Below are positions 30,395 to 40,220 of a DNA stretch of 64,000 bases, piece by piece. Both the position numbers and the translations under genes were made by a program. Below the pieces are notes generated by a model. That model was not told the origin of the DNA. It did no database searches and saw nothing but the letters and a program-made list of their open reading frames with translations. This DNA is from an uncultured Acidobacteriota bacterium (GTDB lineage: Bacteria; Acidobacteriota; Thermoanaerobaculia; Multivoradales; JAHEKO01), in contig CAVQNG010000025.1 of NCBI GenBank assembly GCA_963713825.1, forward strand, positions 64,001 to 128,000, in the 5' to 3' direction. Position 1 is the stretch's first letter. Each line of letters starts with the position of its first letter.

Positions 30395-31390
30395 ATGACG
30401 AGCGACACACCGTTCCTGCGCGGCATCCATCGCCTCGCTGTCCTACTGGCCGGGTATGTGGTGTTGCTGATCACCGCTGGCGGCTTGGTGAAGAGTTTGG
30501 AGGCTGGTCTTTCGGTTCCCGATTGGCCGCTCTCGTACGGCATGCTGAATCCACCCCGATGGTGGGAGATCGAGACGGTGCGGGCGGAGCATGGGCACCG
30601 ATTGATCGCCGGCACGGTGCTGCTGCTGACCTTGTGGCTGGTGATCTGGATCGTTCGGCGAGAGCCGCGAAAGTGGGTGAAGGGGGTTGCCTTGACCGCC
30701 TTCGCAGCAGTCTTGGCCCAGGCCGCACTGGGCGGTATCACAGTGCTCTTCTTCCTACCGACTGCGATCTCGGTCAGTCACGCCGGTCTTGCTCAGCTCT
30801 TCCTCTGTCTGTTGGTGGTGCTTGCCGTGGCCACTTCACGCCGCTGGGTCTCCGATCGCGGTCCCACAGATCCGGCCACCAGAGCCGATAGGATCGTCAG
30901 TCTGGCGACGGCTACCTCGGTCGTCATCTATCTGCAGATTCTGCTGGGCGCCGTCATGCGGCATACCGGCGCGGGCCTGGCGATCCCCGACTTTCCGCTC
31001 GCCTTCGGCGGGCTCATTCCCTCCAAGCTCGATTTCGCCATTGGCATCCACTTCGCCCATCGGCTGGGCGCTCTGGCGGCGGCGACACTGATCTTCTGGA
31101 CCCTGGGTCGGACACTGCGATTTGCGAGTCGGGAGCGAGCTCTTGTCATCCCGACCTGTCTGCTGGTCCTCATGGTCCTGGTCCAAGGCACCCTCGGGGG
31201 ATTGGTAGTGCTGACGAGTAGAGCGGTGCTGCCCAATACCCTGCATGTCGGAGGCGGAGCCCTGCTGCTAGCTCTCAGCATGACGCTGACGCTACTGACC
31301 AGACGCCTGGATTGGGTGGCTCGGCAGGAGGGAGTCGTCCCCGAGGTAGAAGCTGTCGGAGTCCATCGGTTGGAGCAGGCCGTATCGTGA
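30395..31390 (+). CDS. ctaA: Heme A synthase (COX15/CtaA)
   Basis: AGLSVPDWP, EHGHR, SHA, AIPDFP, HFAHR, LHV; 8 TMs. Confidence 0.9.
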   Translation: MTSDTPFLRGIHRLAVLLAGYVVLLITAGGLVKSLEAGLSVPDWPLSYGMLNPPRWWEIETVRAEHGHRLIAGTVLLLTLWLVIWIVRREPRKWVKGVALTAFAAVLAQAALGGITVLFFLPTAISVSHAGLAQLFLCLLVVLAVATSRRWVSDRGPTDPATRADRIVSLATATSVVIYLQILLGAVMRHTGAGLAIPDFPLAFGGLIPSKLDFAIGIHFAHRLGALAAATLIFWTLGRTLRFASRERALVIPTCLLVLMVLVQGTLGGLVVLTSRAVLPNTLHVGGGALLLALSMTLTLLTRRLDWVARQEGVVPEVEAVGVHRLEQAVS

Positions 31391-32286
31391 GCAGCCCCGC
31401 TGTGCTCGATTCCAAGTCTGTCTCGCTCGGTGTGCGCCTGGCGGACCTGGTCGAGCTCATGAAGCCTCGGATCACCCTGATGGTGGTCCTGACGACCGGC
31501 ATCGGAGTCTTGCTCAGCTCGGGTGGAAGCGTGGACCTGAGTCTCGCCGCTCATGCCCTGCTCGGGACCGGGTTGGTGGCAGCGGGGTCGGCAGCCCTGA
31601 ATCATGTCCTCGAACGGGACCTGGATGCGCTGATGGAGCGCACCGCTGATCGTCCCCTACCGACGGGCAGAATGGACCCCGATTCAGCCTTGCTCTTCGG
31701 TGTCGGCCTGGCAGTCGCCGGACTTCTCGAGCTGACTCTGACGGTCAACCTTCTGACCGCCCTGCTGGGGGCCGTCGCTCTGGCTGGCTATATTTTCGTC
31801 TACACGCCAATGAAGCGCGTCAGCTCCCTGGCGACGATCGTAGGCGCGATCCCGGGAGCCTTGCCGCCGCTCATGGGCTGGACCGCGGTGAGCGATCGCC
31901 TGGAATTGGGTGGGATCGTGCTCTTCGCGATCCTTTTTCTCTGGCAGTTGCCGCACTTTCTGGCCATTGCCTGGATGTGTCGCGAGGACTACTCGCGGGC
32001 CGGAATCCCCGTCTTGCCGGTCGTGGAGCCCGATGGTCGCAGCACCGCTCGTCAGATGATGCTGTACGGTGCGGCACTTCTTCCCGTGAGTCTGCTGCCG
32101 ACGGTACTGGGATTGACTGGCGGCACCTACTTCATCGGGACGCTGGCTCTGGGATGTTTCTTCCTCGCGGTCTGCGTGTCGTTCGCGCTGTCATTCTCGA
32201 CCGGTGCAGCTCGCAGAGTGCTGCTGGTATCGGTGCTGTATCTTCCGGCTGTACTGGTGGTCATGGTTCTCGACCGGGTCGCCTGA
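31387..32286 (+). CDS. ctaB: Protoheme IX farnesyltransferase (heme O synthase)
   Basis: LMKPRI, ERDLDALMERTADRPLP, YTPMKR, WQLPHF; GTG start overlaps the ctaA stop. Confidence 0.95.
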   Translation: MSSPAVLDSKSVSLGVRLADLVELMKPRITLMVVLTTGIGVLLSSGGSVDLSLAAHALLGTGLVAAGSAALNHVLERDLDALMERTADRPLPTGRMDPDSALLFGVGLAVAGLLELTLTVNLLTALLGAVALAGYIFVYTPMKRVSSLATIVGAIPGALPPLMGWTAVSDRLELGGIVLFAILFLWQLPHFLAIAWMCREDYSRAGIPVLPVVEPDGRSTARQMMLYGAALLPVSLLPTVLGLTGGTYFIGTLALGCFFLAVCVSFALSFSTGAARRVLLVSVLYLPAVLVVMVLDRVA

Positions 32287-32290
32287 TTCC

Positions 32291-33250
32291 ATGTCCCGAG
32301 CGCCCGAATCCGAGCCGACCCGTTTACCAGCGGTCGTGGCTCGGGATTTGAGCTTCTCCTACGGTCAAAGGCTGGCCCTGGACAGGGTCGGATTCGAAGT
32401 CCGGGTCGGTGAGATCTATGGCTTTCTGGGCCCCAATGGGGGTGGGAAAACGACCCTCTTTCGAATTCTGGCCACCTTGCTCGAGCCGGACCAGGGCACG
32501 ATTGCTGTTTTCGGCGACGACATCGCCACGGCGGCGGCGCTCGTTCGTCTCCAGCTCGGAGTGGTATTCCAGTCACCCAGCGTGGATGAGCAGCTAACGG
32601 TTGGCGAGAACCTGATCCACCAGGGTCACCTCTATGGACTCCGTGGCACGAAGCTGAGCGGAAGGATTGCCTCTCTTCTGGAGAGGTTCTCGATCGCCGA
32701 CCGTCGGGACGACAGGGTCAAGGCTCTGTCTGGAGGGCTCCGGCGCAGAGTGGAGATTGCGAAGGCCCTGCTTCACCGCCCGCGGTTACTGTTACTGGAT
32801 GAGCCGAGCACGGGGTTGGATCCAGGGGCCCGCCGGGACGTCTGGGAGGTTCTCGAGGAGCTGCGGTCTTCCCATGAGGTGACCATCATGCTCACCACCC
32901 ACTTCATGGAGGAAGGTGATCGGTGTGATCGCCTGGCTCTCGTCGAGCGAGGAATGTTGGTGGCTGAGGGGACGCCGGAGGGCTTGAAGGGAGAGATCGG
33001 GGGCGAAGTTGTCCTGATCTCGACGGACGATCCCGAGGCTCTCTCGCGGGAGATCCAGGATCACATGAACCTGAAGGCCTCCGTTCAGGGCTCTCGGGTG
33101 CGGCTCGAGGACGATCGCGCCCACAGCTTCATCGCGCAGCTGGTCGAGTCCTTCCCTGATCGAATCGATTCGTTGAGTCTGTCGAAGCCCACTCTCGAGG
33201 ATGTCTTCCTTCATCGGACGGGCCGAGGTCTCTGGGAGGACGCGGAGTGA
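32291..33250 (+). CDS. ABC transporter ATP-binding protein (DrrA/NodI-like)
   Basis: GPNGGGKT, LSGG, LLLDEP, TTH. Confidence 0.93.
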   Translation: MSRAPESEPTRLPAVVARDLSFSYGQRLALDRVGFEVRVGEIYGFLGPNGGGKTTLFRILATLLEPDQGTIAVFGDDIATAAALVRLQLGVVFQSPSVDEQLTVGENLIHQGHLYGLRGTKLSGRIASLLERFSIADRRDDRVKALSGGLRRRVEIAKALLHRPRLLLLDEPSTGLDPGARRDVWEVLEELRSSHEVTIMLTTHFMEEGDRCDRLALVERGMLVAEGTPEGLKGEIGGEVVLISTDDPEALSREIQDHMNLKASVQGSRVRLEDDRAHSFIAQLVESFPDRIDSLSLSKPTLEDVFLHRTGRGLWEDAE

Positions 33251-34029
33251 GCGATATTTTGGCAGCGACGACTCTCTGGCACCGCGAACTCGTGCGGTTT
33301 CACCGTCAGCCGGCTCGCGTGCTGGGCGCGATAGGCATGCCACTGTTGTTCTGGGCACTCATCGGGAGTGGTTTATCCAGCTCGTTCAGGCTCCCCGGCG
33401 GACCGGAGGATCTGGACTACCTGGAGTACTTCTTCCCGGGAACGATCGTGATGCTGGTTCTGTTCGCCGCCATCTTCTCGACGTTCTCGGTGATCGACGA
33501 TCGAAACGAGGGATTCCTTCAGGGGGTTCTGGTGGCGCCCGTGCGGCGCTCGGCGCTGGTTGCGGGAAAGGTCCTAGGAGGGGCAACCCTGGCCTGGATC
33601 CAGGGGATGTTGTTTCTGTTGCTCGCGCCAGTCGCTGGCATCCGTATGACTCTACGCTCGGTGCTCGGGGTTGGGGTCGTGGTGGCGGTAATGGCCATCG
33701 CTCTGACCGCCTTCGGGTTCGCCTTTGCCTGGCGCATGAACTCAACCCAGGGCTTTCATGCCGTGATGAACCTGGTTCTGATGCCCATGTGGTTCCTGTC
33801 TGGCGCCATCTTCCCGTTGTCTGGAGCCCCGACTTGGCTCGAGTGGGTGATGCGCCTCAACCCGCTGACCTACGGCACCGCAGCCTTGCGCCAGGTGCTC
33901 TACGGTGATCTGCTACAAGCTGGGCCGAGCTTGCCATCTATGGGACTCTGTCTAGCTGTCATGCTGGTCTGGGCTGCTGCGGCCCTCGCCGTAGACGTGT
34001 GGTTGGTGAGGAGGACGGGATCGAAATGA
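33247..34029 (+). CDS. ABC-2 type permease
   Basis: Six TMs, FLSGAIFP, NPLTY; coupled to the ATPase gene. Confidence 0.9.
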   Translation: MSDILAATTLWHRELVRFHRQPARVLGAIGMPLLFWALIGSGLSSSFRLPGGPEDLDYLEYFFPGTIVMLVLFAAIFSTFSVIDDRNEGFLQGVLVAPVRRSALVAGKVLGGATLAWIQGMLFLLLAPVAGIRMTLRSVLGVGVVVAVMAIALTAFGFAFAWRMNSTQGFHAVMNLVLMPMWFLSGAIFPLSGAPTWLEWVMRLNPLTYGTAALRQVLYGDLLQAGPSLPSMGLCLAVMLVWAAAALAVDVWLVRRTGSK

Positions 34030-34667
34030 GCCAGACAGAAGGCACCCCCATGCGAAGGACACTGCTCTGGGGCCTCCTTGTTGCCGTGATCCTGGCAGTT
34101 CTCGTCACCACCCTGATGGCTCCCCGGTGGCGAGGCGTCGGTAGTCCCGAGCCGCCTCCCGTCCTCGGCCCGGCACCGGAGTTTCAATTGACCAACCGTG
34201 ACGGCAGAGTCGTCGATAGCTCGGAGCTGCAGGGATCTCCCTGGGTGGCCGATTTCATCTTCACCCGTTGTGCCCTGAGCTGCCCTCGCATGACGGAGCG
34301 CATGCTGAGTCTAGAGACGATGCAGCCGAGCGGCTTGCGAAGGGTTTCATTCAGTGTCGACCCGGACTACGACTCGCCGCAGGTGTTGCAGCTCTACGCC
34401 GACTCTTGGGGCATCGCCGACTCCGATTGGTTGTTTCTGACCGGTGAGAAGGAATCCATCCGCCAACTGGTCACCGCAGGTTTCAAGCTCGGCTTGGACG
34501 ATGAACCACCAGTTGGTGCTGCAAGTCCTGAGGAGCCTATTCTGCACAGTACGCGTTTCGTCCTGGTGGACGGCGCTGGTGCCATCCGTGGGTACTATGA
34601 CGCCTTCCGCCCCGCAGAGCTGAGCCGGTTGGCCCTGGACTACCAGGCAATCGCCGCTGAGTATTGA
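34026..34667 (+). CDS. Second SCO1/SenC family protein
   Basis: FIFTRCALSCP, SVDPDYD, WLFLTG, LHSTRFVLVD. Confidence 0.9.
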   Translation: MSQTEGTPMRRTLLWGLLVAVILAVLVTTLMAPRWRGVGSPEPPPVLGPAPEFQLTNRDGRVVDSSELQGSPWVADFIFTRCALSCPRMTERMLSLETMQPSGLRRVSFSVDPDYDSPQVLQLYADSWGIADSDWLFLTGEKESIRQLVTAGFKLGLDDEPPVGAASPEEPILHSTRFVLVDGAGAIRGYYDAFRPAELSRLALDYQAIAAEY

Positions 34668-34795
34668 GAGCTGAACTCTTGGCCGGAGCGGCAATGAATC
34701 GCGACGATGAGGGACTGTGTTTGGGAGCGTAGTGAGAAATGTCTACGACTCGATCGAGTGGCGGCGGGCAGTCTTGGGTAGTGGAGGTGCGAAGC

Positions 34796-35284
34796 ATGAG
34801 GGTGGGAGCCGTCTTGTCGCTTCTGACGCTGCTCCTGGGCTTCAGCCTGGGTGGGATCTTCGGATTGTTCGAGGACTCTCTCAAAGCGGGGTTCGAGAAG
34901 ACGGCCCTGCAGACCTTGGCTTCCGAGCCCGACCCCGAGGCTGCCGCAGAGAGGCTCTCGGGGCGCTCGTGGAGCTGCATGAAACGATCCCATCTGCATG
35001 CCAACGGCCTGGGTACATCGGCCCTGGTGCTGATGCTTCTGACGACTGGAATGACCAGTGGAGCCGGCCTGAAACGCCTGGCAGGCTACTTGCTGGGCAT
35101 AGGTGCGCTTGGCTATTCCCTCTTCTGGATGCTGGCAGCCTTTCGAGCCCCGGCACTTGGCAGCACGGACCTGGCCAAGGAGTCGCTGAACTGGTTGGCA
35201 ATGCCCACTGCGGCGTGCTGCCTGCTCGGTCTTGTCCTGGTGCTGGTGATGGTGGTGAGAACGCTCTTCAGAGCCGCCGAGTGA
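34796..35284 (+). CDS. Hypothetical membrane protein
   Basis: GGAGG RBS before ATG 34796; about 4 hydrophobic segments; RSHLHANG motif. Confidence 0.6.
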   Translation: MRVGAVLSLLTLLLGFSLGGIFGLFEDSLKAGFEKTALQTLASEPDPEAAAERLSGRSWSCMKRSHLHANGLGTSALVLMLLTTGMTSGAGLKRLAGYLLGIGALGYSLFWMLAAFRAPALGSTDLAKESLNWLAMPTAACCLLGLVLVLVMVVRTLFRAAE

Positions 35285-35315
35285 GGTGGCAGGCCGGCTT
35301 CAGCCCGGTAGGCCT

Positions 35316-37616
35316 CTAGTTGACATAGCCGAGGGCCTCCAATTGCTCCTCGATCTCGGCGTCCAGTTCCTCGATTTTTTCGGGGGCCGAGTCTCCCAGT
35401 AGCAACTCCTGGTTGAAGATCGCCTGACGCTGCACTGCCTGGCGCAGGTACAGCGCGCGCATTGGAAGCTCACCTGAAAGGTCCGTGTTCTCACCAGGAT
35501 CGCTGTCGATCTGGAAGAGACGGCTCTTACCTTTGAGGGGATCGAAGAGGATCTTCCACCCTCCTGTCTGGAGCATTTGTAGAGGTCGTGGCGGCTTCTG
35601 GTAGCTGTCCACTCGTCGCGTCGTCGCCCACAGTGGCCCGTGGCGGTCGGCCGACTCGAAGACGACAGGAAGGAGGCTGCGGCCCTGGTAGCCAGCTTGC
35701 TGGGTTGGAACGGCCAGACCATCGACCAGCGTGGGCAGGACGTCGACGAGACTGATCGGCTGGTCCACCTGTGCCATGAAACCGCGGGCCTCCCGAGGCC
35801 ACTTGATGACCAAGGGAACATGCAGGAACTCTCGGAAGAGCATTCGAGAGTGGAGGAACCGGTCGTGCTCCAGGAAGGCCTCACCATGATCGGACAGCAG
35901 AATCACCAGGGTGTCCTCGTAGCGATCCGCAGCGTCGAGTATCGATAGCAAGGCGCCGACCTGGGAATCGGCGAAAGCGACATTCTCGTCATATCGATCC
36001 CGAATGAACCGTCGGTCCTCCTCGGATAGCACCTCGAGATTTCGCCGCTGCGGGAACTCGCCGAGAAAGTTCGCCTGCGGAACAACAGTGCCCGTATACC
36101 AGGAGCTGTAGAGACCTCGGTAGGGCAGAGGTGGTGTATAGGGGGCGTGTGGCGGGATCAGATGTACGAATGCGAATGTCGGCTGCTTCTCAGAGAGTAA
36201 CTCCTGTCGGGATGGAAGAGCCCCATAGTCCCGGAACTCGGAGCGATAGAACTCCTGAAAGCCCCGTTTCAAGTCTCGCTGGTAGTCATAGAAAGGGTGT
36301 TGAGTCCAGAGCACGGTGCGGTATCCGACTCGAGACAGCAGCTCGGCCATGGTGTTGACTTTGGAAGGCAGAGGACTTCCCCAAGGCCCAACCCGCAGCG
36401 TATCGGGATAGAGCCCGGTAAAGACCGACGGAATCGATTGTCCGGTCCAGGATGAAGCGGCCATCGCCTCTTGGAAGACTGTGCCTTCTGCAGCGAGCCG
36501 TGCAGTGTTCGGAGTCGGACGCTCGCCACCGAAGGGGGAGAAGGCGTCGGCTCGTGCCGCGTCGAGTAGGACGATGAGTACATCCGGGCGACCCAATCGG
36601 CCCGACGATGGCGCCGGAAGGCTCCGAATCAGATCGATGTCAGCTGGTCGGGGCTGTCCAGGCTGGCCTTCCACGACAGCCCAGCTCCAAGAGACCACAG
36701 CGTTGCCGGGTCCTCCAACGCCGAGTCGCAACTGAACCGGCTGACCTTGCCACCGCCCGAGGTCGACGGCGAAGTCATGTTCGCCGGAAGAATCCGTGAC
36801 CCGTTCTTGCGCCAGATGGTGCTCTTCGAGCCCTTGATCCACGAGCTTCGCGTAGACCAGGACAGGTTCGACGTCTGCCCCTGGAGGACGAAGAACCTTG
36901 AAACGAGCCCTGAGGCGAGGCCGCTCGGGCAGCTCGGTAACGACTTCGAGCCAACCCGGAGATGGAATCTGGAAGGTGTCTCGACCCGATGCCTCCTCAG
37001 CGTCGTTGGCGAGCTGGATGCTGCTTGGTCGCTGCGGCCACACTCCTCGTTCGTTGGCAGCAACCAGGCGGAGGCGGCGCATTTTTGGTCTGAGCCTGTG
37101 GCGCAACTTCTGGAACTTCGGGGGGTGCGGAATCCGGAATTCCAATCGGTTGCGTCCTTCGCGGATCACACCGCTGGGAATCTCTACTCGATGTCGCTCC
37201 CACTGCCGGGTCAGGGGCAGATCGACGAGAGCTCGATCGTTCAAGGTCAATACCAAAGGAGTCTTCTTGAGTCGCCCTTTGCCGACGACCGAGACTTCGA
37301 TTTCGAATGCCACCGTGTCGCCGTCGGCTGAGAAGAAGAAGAGCCGAGCGGTCGGTACCTCCATCTCGAAGGCCGCTCGATCCGGGTCGTTGGCGTGCAC
37401 GTGGCGCCACCCGTAGCCCAGGTTGTCCAGGCCGGATTGTCGTGGGGCGGAGATCAGATCGGTAGAGAAATTACCCGATTGGTGCCAAATCTCGTCAGCG
37501 AAATCCAGCCAGACCCTGTCCGGTGTTGGTGGTCGGTCACGACAGCCGGCCAGGGTCAGCGCCAGGCAGACGAGGCAGATCCCAAAACGTGCTTGCCTTT
37601 GAGCGAGTGGAAACAT
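35316..37616 (-). CDS. Sulfatase-like (alkaline phosphatase superfamily) lipoprotein
   Basis: LAGC lipobox; LLDAARAD, PHAPY, YDENV..D, SDHGEAF..H, HVPL; tail QLEALGY. Confidence 0.8.
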   Translation of the reverse strand: MFPLAQRQARFGICLVCLALTLAGCRDRPPTPDRVWLDFADEIWHQSGNFSTDLISAPRQSGLDNLGYGWRHVHANDPDRAAFEMEVPTARLFFFSADGDTVAFEIEVSVVGKGRLKKTPLVLTLNDRALVDLPLTRQWERHRVEIPSGVIREGRNRLEFRIPHPPKFQKLRHRLRPKMRRLRLVAANERGVWPQRPSSIQLANDAEEASGRDTFQIPSPGWLEVVTELPERPRLRARFKVLRPPGADVEPVLVYAKLVDQGLEEHHLAQERVTDSSGEHDFAVDLGRWQGQPVQLRLGVGGPGNAVVSWSWAVVEGQPGQPRPADIDLIRSLPAPSSGRLGRPDVLIVLLDAARADAFSPFGGERPTPNTARLAAEGTVFQEAMAASSWTGQSIPSVFTGLYPDTLRVGPWGSPLPSKVNTMAELLSRVGYRTVLWTQHPFYDYQRDLKRGFQEFYRSEFRDYGALPSRQELLSEKQPTFAFVHLIPPHAPYTPPLPYRGLYSSWYTGTVVPQANFLGEFPQRRNLEVLSEEDRRFIRDRYDENVAFADSQVGALLSILDAADRYEDTLVILLSDHGEAFLEHDRFLHSRMLFREFLHVPLVIKWPREARGFMAQVDQPISLVDVLPTLVDGLAVPTQQAGYQGRSLLPVVFESADRHGPLWATTRRVDSYQKPPRPLQMLQTGGWKILFDPLKGKSRLFQIDSDPGENTDLSGELPMRALYLRQAVQRQAIFNQELLLGDSAPEKIEELDAEIEEQLEALGYVN

Positions 37617-37766
37617 GGCCTGAGTGGTCGCGTAGGCGAAAGAGGCGCCTGGTTGCGGCAGCCGAGCGGCGCGATGCTAGCACGCGTGCGAAGGTGTTTG
37701 GCGGGTGGTAGCCTCTGGCTCTCCGCCCGCTTCGCAGCGGCGACATGATTTCGATACGGGGACTGA

Positions 37767-38942
37767 TTGATGGCCGACTACTCACTGCGATTCAAGACAC
37801 TCGACACCAACCTGGTCCACGCGGGTCGACCCCATCCCTCCATCGAGGGCGCCGTGGTGACCCCGATTTTCCAATCGGCGAACTATGAGATGGGCGACGA
37901 AGCCACCTACGACGCTGTGCGCTACATTCGGCTGAGTAACTCGCCGAACCATCACGCCCTGCAGGCACGTCTGGCAGTCGCCGAATCAGCCGAGGCTGCA
38001 CTGGTGACAGCCAGTGGAATGGCAGCGATCTCGACTGCGATCTTGTCCCATGTGCAGTCCGGCGAGCACGTCTTGACCCAGCGCACGCTCTACGGCGGGA
38101 CCCAGAGCTTTCTCCATCAAGATGCCTCGAGACTCGGAATCTCTCACACCGCGATCGACATTGCAGACCCGGCAGGTGCTCGCTCTTGGGAACTCGCCCT
38201 GACTTCGCAGACTCGACTGATCTACGTAGAGTCCATATCGAATCCTTTGATGGAAGTCGGCGATCTGGAAGCGGTGGTGGCCTTTGCCCGGGAGCGCGGA
38301 TTGGTCACCGTAATCGACAACACGTTCGCCACGCCCGTCAACTTTCGACCGCTCGAGCTGGGGTTCGATCTGGTGGTCCACAGTGCGACCAAGTACTTGA
38401 ATGGTCACAGTGATCTGGTTGCAGGAGCCGTAATCGGTTCGATGACTGCAGTGGATCGGGTGCGCCACGTGTTGCTCCATCTGGGCGGCTCGCTCGACCC
38501 CAATACGTGTTTTCTTTTGGAGAGAGGTCTGAAGACCCTCGCTTTGCGGGTCCAAAGGCAAAATGAGACGGCTGCGAGGCTAGCGCGGTTTCTCGAACAA
38601 CAGCCGGCAGTGCGTCATGTGAACTACCCCGGTCTGGTGTCGAATCCAGGCCATCGCTACGCTGCCCGGCTCTTTTCGGGTTTCGGTGGGATGCTCTCGA
38701 TCTACCTCCAGGACGCCAGGCTGGCCGAGCGCTTCTTGGAGCGACTGACTCTGCCGATTCACGCTGCAAGCTTGGGAGGTGTCGAGTCCCTGGTAGTTCG
38801 CCCGGCGCGCAGCTCGCACCTCGGTCTCGAGCCGGCAGAGCGAGAGCGATTGGGCATCACCGATGATCTGATCCGGGTCTCGGTAGGTATCGAGGATGCC
38901 GAGGAGTTGATGGCTGACTTCGAGCAGGCGCTGGCCGATTGA
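37767..38942 (+). CDS. Cys/Met metabolism PLP enzyme (cystathionine gamma-synthase/lyase or methionine gamma-lyase family)
   Basis: TPIFQS, SGMAAI, DNTFATP, HSATKYLNGHSD, SLGGVESL, RVSVGIED. Confidence 0.93.
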   Translation: MMADYSLRFKTLDTNLVHAGRPHPSIEGAVVTPIFQSANYEMGDEATYDAVRYIRLSNSPNHHALQARLAVAESAEAALVTASGMAAISTAILSHVQSGEHVLTQRTLYGGTQSFLHQDASRLGISHTAIDIADPAGARSWELALTSQTRLIYVESISNPLMEVGDLEAVVAFARERGLVTVIDNTFATPVNFRPLELGFDLVVHSATKYLNGHSDLVAGAVIGSMTAVDRVRHVLLHLGGSLDPNTCFLLERGLKTLALRVQRQNETAARLARFLEQQPAVRHVNYPGLVSNPGHRYAARLFSGFGGMLSIYLQDARLAERFLERLTLPIHAASLGGVESLVVRPARSSHLGLEPAERERLGITDDLIRVSVGIEDAEELMADFEQALAD

Positions 38943-38981
38943 TGGGCACCGATCCTTCCGACCAAAACTGAGGACGAGCGA

Positions 38982-39554
38982 TTGACGAATCGATGTGATT
39001 GGGCCGGCAGCGATCCTCTGATGATCGAGTATCACGACCATGAGTGGGGTGTACCGGTACATGACGACAGGAAGCACTTCGAGTTCCTGGTCCTGGACGG
39101 TGCCCAAGCAGGGCTCTCCTGGTCCACGGTCCTGAAGAAGAGGGCTCGCTACAGAGAGGTCTTCGACGGATTTCGTCCGGAGATCGTGGCCACCTACGGC
39201 GAAGAGAGGGTCGAGGCGCTGCTGGCTGATCCGGGCATCATTCGCAACAAGCTCAAAGTCAATTCGGCGATTCGAAATGCGCGAGCGTTTCTGAAGATCC
39301 AGGAGGAGTTCGATGGCTTCGACGCCTACATCTGGCGGTTCGTGGGCGGTGAAACTCGAGTCAACAGCTGGGAGCGGATGGATCAGATCCCCGCCAGCAC
39401 CCCACAGTCCGATGCGATGAGCAAAGATCTCAAGCAGCGGGGGTTCAACTTCGTGGGGAGTACCATCTCCTACGCCTATATGCAGGCAGCCGGAATGGTG
39501 AACGATCACGTGGTGAGCTGCTTCAGATATACGGCGCTGACCTCAGAAGGCTGA
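38982..39554 (+). CDS. tag: DNA-3-methyladenine glycosylase I
   Basis: RCDW, YHDHEWG, QAGLSW, IIRNKLK, FVGSTI, NDH..SC. Confidence 0.95.
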   Translation: MTNRCDWAGSDPLMIEYHDHEWGVPVHDDRKHFEFLVLDGAQAGLSWSTVLKKRARYREVFDGFRPEIVATYGEERVEALLADPGIIRNKLKVNSAIRNARAFLKIQEEFDGFDAYIWRFVGGETRVNSWERMDQIPASTPQSDAMSKDLKQRGFNFVGSTISYAYMQAAGMVNDHVVSCFRYTALTSEG

Positions 39555-39593
39555 AGGCCTGGACGAGATGAGGATCTCTCGAAGAGAAGAACC

Positions 39594-40220
39594 TTGACCA
39601 CCGCTGGCTGCATCTACGTCGATATCGACGATTGTCTCGCCCAGACGGCCCGGATGTTTGCAGAAGTCTTCGAGCAAGAGCACGGCAGAAGGGTCGATCT
39701 GGAGGAGATCGAGTCATTCGATCTGGGGGTCTCGCTGGGCCTGACGCCTGAGAGCCTCGACGACTTTATGAAATCTGTGCACCGCCCAGAAGTGCTGGCT
39801 GAGATCGAGCCCATGGAAGGGGCGATCGAAGCCTTGGCAGCATGGGTGGATCGGGGGTACGAGGTGGCGGTGGTGACGGGGCGACCACCAGCGACGGAGG
39901 CGGTCTCACGTCGGTGGCTGACCGAACAACGGGTGCCCCACCACTCCCTGACCTTTCTCGACAAGTACTCCTGGTCGGAAGACCTGTTCAGCGGCTCGCA
40001 GGCAATCAGCATGGATGAGCTTTCCCGCCGCTCCTTCAGCCTGGTCGTCGAGGATTCTGCCGAGGTGGCTCGGCGTCTCGCCGGCGTCCTGGAGGCGCCA
40101 GTGGCCCTGTTCGATCGGCCCTGGAATCGGAGCGCTCCGAAACCCGAAGACGAGTGGAAAGGACGGATATTTCGATGTCGGGATTGGCAGGACATCGGCG
40201 AGCGCTTCTCCCGGCCCTGA
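39594..40220 (+). CDS. HAD-superfamily 5'(3')-nucleotidase-like protein
   Basis: YVDIDD, VTGRP, VED, PWNR motifs. Confidence 0.78.
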   Translation: MTTAGCIYVDIDDCLAQTARMFAEVFEQEHGRRVDLEEIESFDLGVSLGLTPESLDDFMKSVHRPEVLAEIEPMEGAIEALAAWVDRGYEVAVVTGRPPATEAVSRRWLTEQRVPHHSLTFLDKYSWSEDLFSGSQAISMDELSRRSFSLVVEDSAEVARRLAGVLEAPVALFDRPWNRSAPKPEDEWKGRIFRCRDWQDIGERFSRP

